A stretch of DNA of 18,052 bases. Source: Ginkgo biloba. Lineage: Eukaryota > Plantae > Ginkgophyta. The translations under genes were made by a program, and so were the position numbers. Location of the stretch: positions 92,694,803-92,712,854 of the forward strand of contig JANKJI020000002.1 in NCBI GenBank assembly GCA_024626585.2, in the 5' to 3' direction. This document shows, one piece after another, positions 10,201-18,052 of this stretch (within the stretch, counting starts at the first letter, position 1; every line of letters starts with the position of its first letter). A model generated the notes under the pieces. It did not search any database and was not told the origin of the DNA. It saw only the letters and a list, made by a program, of their open reading frames with translations.

Positions 10201-10276
10201 CAGGTGCTATCATTGGCTCAAAATTCCTTCCACCTCACCAAGTGTTATCCTTGGATGGAAATTCCTTCCACCTCAC
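10201..10276. repeat. 38-bp tandem duplication within the chromodomain
   Basis: 10201-10238 and 10239-10276 align without gaps at 32/38 positions by manual count. Confidence 0.9.
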
Positions 10277-10798
10277 TAGGTACCTATCATACTGACCCCT
10301 TCTTGTTTCAATGGTCTTTCTATTCAACACTTATATAATTTCTTCTCTCTTTCTTTTTGGCACATATTATTTCTAATCACTAACATCATCTTTTGCCTCC
10401 TTCATGATACTTGTACAAATATGCAATATTAAGAACAGGTGAGATGTCAATTTTTAGTGGCAATTCTACTATATAAGCATTCTTGTCAATTTACTTCATA
10501 ATCTAGCATGGTTCAATCTTCTTGAATTTTAACTTATTGTATATTCCTTTTAGAATCCTATCCTTCCTTAGGTGCACCATGACTATGTTTCCCTCTTCAA
10601 ACTCTTCATGCCTCCTTGAATGATGTATAGCCTATTTGTACTTGTTTCTTTCCTTGAGCTATTGTTTCACCTCCTCACGCACTTTCTTCAAGTGCTCTTC
10701 CAATGATTCTGCATCATCACTTACCCATTCTTCCATCGACAACTTTACCAAGTTAACTACTGCCTTTGGAATTCTCCCATATACTACCTAAAATGGAA

Positions 10799-10898
10799 NN
10801 NNNNNNNNNNNNNNNNNNNNNNNNNNNNNNNNNNNNNNNNNNNNNNNNNNNNNNNNNNNNNNNNNNNNNNNNNNNNNNNNNNNNNNNNNNNNNNNNNN
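10799..10898. other. Assembly gap (100 N; true size apparently only a few bp)
   Basis: The integrase reads nearly continuously across it: EFGYNNLGSWSTT | PF*VVYG. Confidence 0.95.
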
Positions 10899-12018
10899 AA
10901 CGTGGTTGACCAACTCCCTAAATTGTTATATCCAAACTCAACATGCACTAACACTGAGTCCCACTACTTAGGCCTACTTCTAGCTAGACTTAGCAATAAA
11001 TTTCCAAGTGATTAGTTTACTATCTCTATTCTCCCATCAATTTGTATATGGTATGCACTATTATACTGCAACCTAGTGTCCAATTTCTTCCATCATGTTC
11101 TCCAAAAATGACTCAAAATTTTGGTGTCTTGGTCTAAGGTAATTTTCCTTAACAACCCATGCAATCGAACAACCTCCTGAAGGAAAAAGTCTACTATCAT
11201 GCTGCCATCATTCATTTTATTTTATGAGATGAAGTATTCCATCTTTGAGAAATGATCCACAACCACAAAAATAGAACCATTACCTCATTCTATGCTCGGT
11301 AGTCAAGACACAATGTCCATCATGATGTCAGTGCATGAACCTTCAAGAATGGACAAAAAATTATACAACACTATATTATGTGCTTGTCCCTTGGACAACT
11401 AACACACTCTACATTTCTCCATAAAATTTTGCACCTTCTTTTTTATTCTTGGCCACAAGTACCTCCCCTCCACTGAGGCCAAAGTATTGTCTCTACCAAA
11501 ATGACCTCCCAATATGCCACTATGTAATTCGCGGATAATATTTTCCCTCATGGAGATGTTTGTTATGAAAATCTTCTTCACTTTACACATATATCCATCT
11601 AGTAAAAAGTAATCATCATAAATGTATCCATCGGCAATCATTGGATTCTTAAGGTAAGTAAGCACCTGTCCAAAATCCTTGTCAACTTCATACATGTGCT
11701 TTATCACCTCAAATCCCATGAGTTCATTAGTCATTATGGATAAAATGGTTTCCCTTTTTCTCAAGGAATCCACCACTTGGTTTTATTTCCTTGACTTATT
11801 CTTCAAAACAAAAGAATAAATGTTAAAAAAATCAACCTATTTTGTATGTCATATACTTAACTTACCTTGAGAGTTCAAAAACTTCAAGGCTTGGTGATCG
11901 ATGTACAATAGAAATTCCTTGGGTAGAAAGTAATGCCTCCAAACATTTAGTGATTATACCATTGCAAGAAATTCCATATCATAAATAGAGTACCTCTTCT
12001 TGGCCTCGTTCATCTTCT

Positions 12019-12118
12019 NNNNNNNNNNNNNNNNNNNNNNNNNNNNNNNNNNNNNNNNNNNNNNNNNNNNNNNNNNNNNNNNNNNNNNNNNNNNNNNNNN
12101 NNNNNNNNNNNNNNNNNN
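12019..12118. other. Assembly gap (100 N)
   Basis: Run of exactly 100 N. Confidence 0.98.
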
Positions 12119-12829
12119 GATTACCCCCTTGGAATCGATCACACATTTCTGCACCTTAACTCTACAACCTATTCAGCACCAAGCGGGTACATCAATGAGA
12201 TTCATTTGGGCACGAAAGCAAGGGATCATTGGATTCATGTCTATAAATAACACCTGCAAGAAGAAAGCAACAAAGTGCTACCGGATTGAAGAGAGAATTA
12301 GAGACCGGCCGAGTAGAGATAATCCAAGGGATAACTTATTGCGAGTGACTAACAAATACCTAAATAGAGGAGCAGAGTGAGGCCAAGGCGAAGGGAATTC
12401 CACTAGTATTCCATTCTAGTGGGGGACACCGAGTAATTGTCATGTAAGACTATTTGAACTAAAAATTATAAAGCCAGTGGGCAAGGTCATAGGCTATGGG
12501 CCATGTTATCCAAGCCAATGGGCTGTGCATGTAAGGGTGATGGCCCAAGAGTATGTTTGATTTAATAAACCTAGAGTTTTATTCCCCAAGAGGGTTTCTC
12601 CAGTTCAAAATTCTTATGCTATGTCTTCTTTGAGTTGCATGAGCTACCCATCCTGAGAATCTAATTCTGTCAAGACCGATTTATTCACCTGTGGGTTGAC
12701 ATTATTATGTGTAAGTCTCGTTTAGTCTGCCGACCACGTCGGCGGGTGGCAGTTAACGTTGAGGGAGATCCTGTAGTTGCAGTAGAGGGTGGTGGCTTGG
12801 GTGCTTTCCCACTCCTCACTGCGTCAACA
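12119..12829 (+). repeat. Younger LTR-like sequence (5'-truncated by the gap; solo or 3' LTR)
   Basis: CpG-retaining block with TATA box CTATAAATA (12241-12249), AATAAA (~12564) and GAGGGTTTCTCC (~12590). Candidate LTR ends are ...GTTGACA (12701) and ...GCGTCAACA (12829). No PBS follows either, and no coding similarity was recognised. Confidence 0.6.
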
Positions 12830-15781
12830 TCACCACTAAGGATGGCCAAATTGGCAACTCTCATTCCTTATTTTGGTATTAAGATATATGAAATTGGTAT
12901 ACTTCTTTAGACTAGAAAGAGCATTCTAATCTTTAGATCTCAAGTAAAAAGGATATTTTCTTAGGAGGTATTTTTGTATATTTTTATTGTTTTTACATAT
13001 TTTCTTAGTTATTTATTTACAAAAATATCATATCACTATATATAACAAATTAATCTATTGTGTAGTATATTTTGGATCATGTACTCATCTTGTATAAGAA
13101 CCAGGTGTGGACCTAAAGATCCTTTTAAGGATATAGTACATTGAGGAGACTCTTACTAGGAATTTTAAACACTATCATTGCTATCACTTATTTAATCATA
13201 CATTACAAAGGTTAGACTCTCTTCCTCCTTTTATGATACAAATTATATTTTTTTCCTTAGGGGGATATTTCCTATATGTAACATATTAGAGATACTATGG
13301 ATCTAGTTGATCCATCATATGAGGAGGAGCAAAGGGCCTACCTTACAACTAGATGTAGGGGTGGACACTAGGCACTAGATGATTTTGAAAGCTGTGATCT
13401 TATTTTATACAATTTAATTTACTCAAAATCTTCATCTACACTAACCCTTAAAACTAAAAAACACTAATCAACATTACAAATTCAAATAATCTACCATGTT
13501 TACGATAAAAAAATAAAAATAAAATTGAAATTGAAATTAAATTTATTGATATGAATGCAAAAGATAATAAATAAACACTGAGAAAATGGGGTTTCTTGGG
13601 ACTTATATGATTGTTTAGATCACTACCTAAACCCCAAATTCAAACAAGAATTCCCAGGTAAAGATTAGATTTTAACCACTGATAAGAGAGGTGAAAAATA
13701 TTCAGAGCAATAAAAAAAATTGAGACTGTAATGACTCATGCACTGTGATCAAAAAATTGAATTTGTTGATTTTTAGTGCTAGTAATGAACCAAGCAAAAA
13801 ATGCATAAACTGCAAAACATTAAAGCTTGATCCCAAATATATCTACCATATATATTGCTCGAATGATTTTCAAACTACATAGGATAGGAATTGAATCCTC
13901 AAAACAAAATATATCTCAGAAAATAAGAGAAAAATGTTGACAATCGAAGAGAGAAAATGCCTTAAAAAAGATGATTGATATTCCATTCATATCCTGCTAA
14001 ATACGATGTTTGTTTCTATAAATTTAATGGGTTTTCTCCATTGCACATCTAGATGATGCATGAAAAATTTTAGTCCAACCCACATCGCAAATTTTTTGTA
14101 AATGCAGAAACCATGACTATACATCTCTGCCAAATTACTGTCCAATTTATCAAGAAAAGATAGTTTAAAGAGACAGTTTGGCTAACTAATTAAGAGCATT
14201 AACTTTCTCGTAACTAAAACATTAATGTTTCTCAAATCTAACACTTTGAGAGAATTAATTTTTCATGACTATAACATCAAACTCTCAAGCATCTATGACT
14301 TTAAAAACTATTACAAAATGACAAATTTTAAATAAAAAGGAAACTTAGTCATCAATTGAATTTATTCTTTCAAAAAATACCACAAACTATCAAAATATTT
14401 TCTTGAGAATATAAGATTCAAACCATACCTTTATGCAAAGAAAATGTTTTCTTTGTATATTCAAGTAGACAATTCTTGTTATATAATACTAAGTATTTGC
14501 GATGAATAACTAAATAGGTTGTTGGTAGCACTTGATATTTATCGTGCATTCACACCTTAATAAATGGCCCCCTATTAATTTACTAATTTTACGAACGATT
14601 TTGAGGTAGAACCACCAAAGAAGAAATAAAAGTGGAAGAAAATATAAAGAAAACATATGAAGGAAGTGATAAGTGATTAATTGGATAAGAATATCTTAAA
14701 GAACTTAAACTAAGGAATTCACAAGATGTCAAGGACACATTGAAGAAAAAATATGAGATGAGTGAACATAAGAAAGAATCAAGAGATATAATCCAAAAAG
14801 AATACAATGATAAGAATGGATAAGAACAAGAAGAACTCATAAGAGGCAGTCAATGCTCAAGATAATAGAGGAATACGAAACAATAAACATACATTCATAA
14901 TATATTAGATATTCAAAGATATGGCAACCAATCTATACTCCTCTTAAAAATAATATATGAACAAAATCCACTATGGGTTAGTGACCTAAAAGCTTATTGA
15001 AGTGTGCCAGGACTTAAAGAAAAGGAATGATTGCATAAATTTATTAAATACTATAATAAATAATCAACTTATTTTAGACCACAATGATGTTTCTCTAGGT
15101 AGATGTTAGTCATCAAAATATCTCTAATTTCCTTCTATATAAATAAATTCAAGGAAATGTTGGATACAAAAGTAATATTTTTTTTTTTTTATAATTGGGC
15201 ATTGAGACTTTAAAAGGTGTTCAATGAATAAGTTAAGAATTTTTTTTCTAACCACAACAATGGAAATATAACAAGGCAAAATAAATCATATTCATATTGA
15301 TCAGGAAATAGAAGGAAAATTGATGACTAATAAGAATGTGCCTCAAGAAAAGCCTATAGACATTTGTCTATTCTTATTACTTGATATTACAACATCAACC
15401 ATACATTTAAGGAAGATAATGGTCTATCAAAAAATAACATCATAATCTCAACAAGATGCCCTGGCACAAAATGGAATATTGCATGGTCATGACTGATGAA
15501 ACACCTAGGGGTTATATCATCCAACATTCTACACATTAGAAAGGGAGATGTTTTCCATTTAGACATATAAAGTTCTTGCCAATAATTTTTCACCCCATTT
15601 GATTATTTGGCTTTATGGGAAAATAATTCTACATACTATATGAAAGCATTACATTACTGAGAGCATATCATCTATGAAGATAGACTCAATCCTCATATTA
15701 ATTTTTTTAAACAAAGGAGGACAATCCAAAAAAATAATAATAGTTATGCAATTAAAACAAATTTCTCTAAATATTATCCAC

Positions 15782-16121
15782 AACCTGCAAAGGTGTATGA
15801 TATTGCAAATGCTTGAGGATCATTTTCCCAATTAACATTCATAGGTAGACACATAAGAATAACAAATGACTATGTTAGCTAATCAATTACATAAGAAAGT
15901 AATTTATTTTGGTATGGTTTTAAGAAAAATCATATTAAGGAGGTATGGTATGGTATGTGCCTAATTTATATAATATTAGTATTAAATATTGGTTAATTTT
16001 TTAGATCTATTAGTTTTTAGATGATAGATTATGTACTAAAGAGGAATACTATCATAATCACTTTTCGATACTGATCCTATATATGTGCTACTATGTCTCA
16101 TAATGTAATCTTATAGTCATA
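15782..16121. repeat. Diverged direct repeat, copy 1 (~340 bp)
   Basis: Collinear with 16263-16600. Shared blocks include AACCT.CAAAG.TGTATGAT, AGGATCATTT, AAATCATATTAAGGAGG, ATATAATATTAGT and CTCAT.ATGTAAT. Confidence 0.85.
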
Positions 16122-16262
16122 TATATCAGTCTATTTTTCCTTTTTAATAATCAACTTTACAACATTCAATTCAATAGTCAACCATCAACCATAATAATCC
16201 ATGAAAATGATAATGGTTGTGTAATGAATGAAAATCATTCTAAATATTACTTGTAAGTTTGT

Positions 16263-16600
16263 AACCTACAAAGATGTATGATTTTTAGAATGCTCAAGGA
16301 TCATTTCCTTATTTCATGTTGACAAGTCGATGCATAAGAAGAATTGATGACTACTTCAATCAATTAGATGAGACAATACGTTATTTTAGTATGCTTTTAG
16401 GAGAAATCATATTAAGGAGGGATGGAATTTAATGTGTCTAATTAATATAATATTAGTCCTAATTATTAGTTCATATTTAGGAACAATTAGTTGTTAGATG
16501 AAATATTATATACTAAATATGTATGTGGTCAAAACACCTTCTTGATACTAACCAACTACGTCCACCAGTGTGACTCATTATGTAATAAGCTATTCATATT
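16263..16600. repeat. Diverged direct repeat, copy 2 (~340 bp)
   Basis: Collinear with 15782-16121 at an offset of about 480 bp. Confidence 0.85.
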
Positions 16601-17716
16601 CTAAGGCCACCATCTCATAATCAATAGATAGTTGAAGGATGTTTTGAGGTGGAATAATGAGAAGCATTCCATTACTAAAGTCAATTGTAACACGTTGGTA
16701 TTTATTATCAAATGAAGTATTATTCGAGCATACTTTCATCCCTCTCTTTCAACTCAAATTTGGAATATGTCACAATGGTGAAGATATAACTTTAAGAGTT
16801 ACCACTCGTTCTATTATCCTAGTATCACGTACGATGCTCCTTACTTCTTATTCATCCCATCATACTAGTCTTTGTTTATCTAGATGAACACTACAACATT
16901 GGTAACACTCTATGCTACAGATCATTTTCTAAATGTTATGACTAATATGAAGGACTTCGTTATTCATCACTACTTCCTGATTGGTATAGAATTGTGGACA
17001 ATGGTGATTTGATGTGTTAGGATCCTCTTAATATGTGTATTCCAACTTTATATCTATTCGATCTAAGCCTCTTATGGTGGCAATTAAGTGTGCCTTGAAT
17101 TCATTAGAGGCCAATTATATATTGTTTAGAATGTGCTAATGTAAGTGCCAAATGGTGATATAAATTATCCCATTTTTCTCTCCCATCGTTGACTACTTCT
17201 CAAGCATTAATCTCTTGATGAAAAAGATAATGTTTCCCTGATGTCATCAGACAAATCTTTCTTACCTATCATTATTGAAACAATTTCTTAGGTGTTGTCA
17301 TAGCTATTGACAAAAAAAGTGAATCATTTGTTGTTTTTGGGGCATAGTTTGTTGGATTCAATGAATTGTTCATTAATTACTAGATACCATTTGTTGTTGC
17401 CTATGCACCATTAAATGGCTCTAGAGGTCATCATCTGAAAGAGTATACAACTTTTGTCAAAATTTCTTGCTGTTCACTAAAATATGCAACAACCATTTGT
17501 TGAGCATCAAAATCTCACTAAAAGGTAGATAGTCGGTCATTGACTATAATAACTATTGCTAACTTTGATAGACAGTAATTAGAATCATTTTAGAATTAAT
17601 TATGGAGTGTAACCCTTCATTTTATAACATCACCTTGTTTGAGGGTTAGTATAGTAATTTGTTATTCATAGGTAACTCAAAATTCAATAAAACACAAAGA
17701 ACATATCACACACTTA

Positions 17717-18008
17717 TGTTGGGTATTATGTACCCTCTAAACTCTCCAATTTATATTCACACAGAATAATATAGTACAATCATGATACTATGATTACAAG
17801 TAAATAGATATCATGGAATCCATGTGTACAACATGCATAGGCTTTCCATAGTTTGCATAAAGATAAAACTAAAGAAAACTAAATCTAAATCTAGAAAACT
17901 TAATATTACTTGACTTGTCATATACAACTTAAAGTACAACTCACTAAAATTGCACATAATGTACAAATAACATGACAAGCGACATTTGGAGAACATTATT
18001 ATCCAACA
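17717..18008 (-). repeat. Putative 3' LTR of a minus-strand (copia-like) element continuing beyond the window
   Basis: Perfect 6-bp inverted termini TGTTGG (17717) ... CCAACA (18008), preceded on minus by PPT-like AAGGGG (18009-18014). An alternative left end lies near 17636 (TGTTT). Confidence 0.55.
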
Positions 18009-18052
18009 CCCCTTGTAATGTGATTCTCATTGGATTTTTGAATCAAAGCTCA

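Larger units (their letters stand above)
8991..12018 (-). mobile_element. CRM-like Ty3/gypsy chromovirus, 3' half (RNase H, integrase, chromodomain, PPT, 3' LTR); 5' part lost in the gap
   Basis: The component features below show coherent domain order and termini on the minus strand. Confidence 0.9.
10140..12018 (-). pseudogene. Gypsy pol pseudogene: RNase H C-terminus, integrase (HHCC, core, GPF-like) and chromodomain
   Basis: RNase H: MNEAKKRYSIYDMEFLAMV*SLNVWRHYFLPKEFLLYIDHQALKFLNSQ. HHCC: ELHSGILGGHFGRDNT...YLWP...KCRVC (ORF 11399-11776). Core: IMMDIVS*LP...SIFVVVDHFSKM. C-terminal region: PF*VVYG...FEEGNIVMVHLRKDR...YNKLKFKKIEPC...NAYIVELP...ISPVLNIAYLY. Chromodomain: VLNRKTIETRRGQYDRYLVRWKEFPSKDNTW. 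Multiple stops and frameshifts. Confidence 0.95.

Noticed and set aside
10201-10276. Repeated 18-mer resembling a CRISPR repeat-spacer unit
   Set aside because: There are only two copies, the intervening sequences are homologous to each other, the context is a eukaryotic retroelement, and no cas genes are present.
12850-12870. TGGCAACTCT as a possible Ogre/Tat-type PBS
   Set aside because: It is more than 20 bp from the candidate LTR end and only a short partial match.
13400-14580. A-rich stretch resembling a DNA-transposon subterminal or UTR region
   Set aside because: No TIR, TSD or transposase motif could be identified.

Overview
AT-rich, mostly CpG-depleted eukaryotic DNA, almost certainly from a land plant. 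The retroelement motifs look gymnosperm-like to me, but that is inference. The window comes from a fragmented assembly with one 29-N gap and five 100-N gaps, and it is essentially a nested transposon graveyard. I can support no intact host gene, RNA gene or CRISPR array. Recognisable pieces are: (1) an LTR end with a tRNA-iMet PBS at ~540; (2) a decayed + strand Ty3/gypsy chromovirus integrase, PPT and 3' LTR (~1900-4115); (3) a heavily decayed + strand Ty1/copia element with PBS, gag, INT and RT (4325-6592); (4) a younger GC/CpG-rich block (6693-7803) with a long unassigned minus-strand reading frame and a CACTA-like terminus; (5) a possible L1 LINE remnant (~8500-8990); (6) a well-recognisable minus-strand CRM-like gypsy element with RNase H, integrase, chromodomain, PPT and a ~1.1 kb 3' LTR (8991-12018); (7) a younger LTR-like block (12119-12829); (8) a diverged ~340 bp direct duplication (15782-16600); and (9) a minus-strand 3' LTR at the right edge. 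I found no convincing novel biological system. The best lead is the unassigned ORF inside the putative CACTA end.
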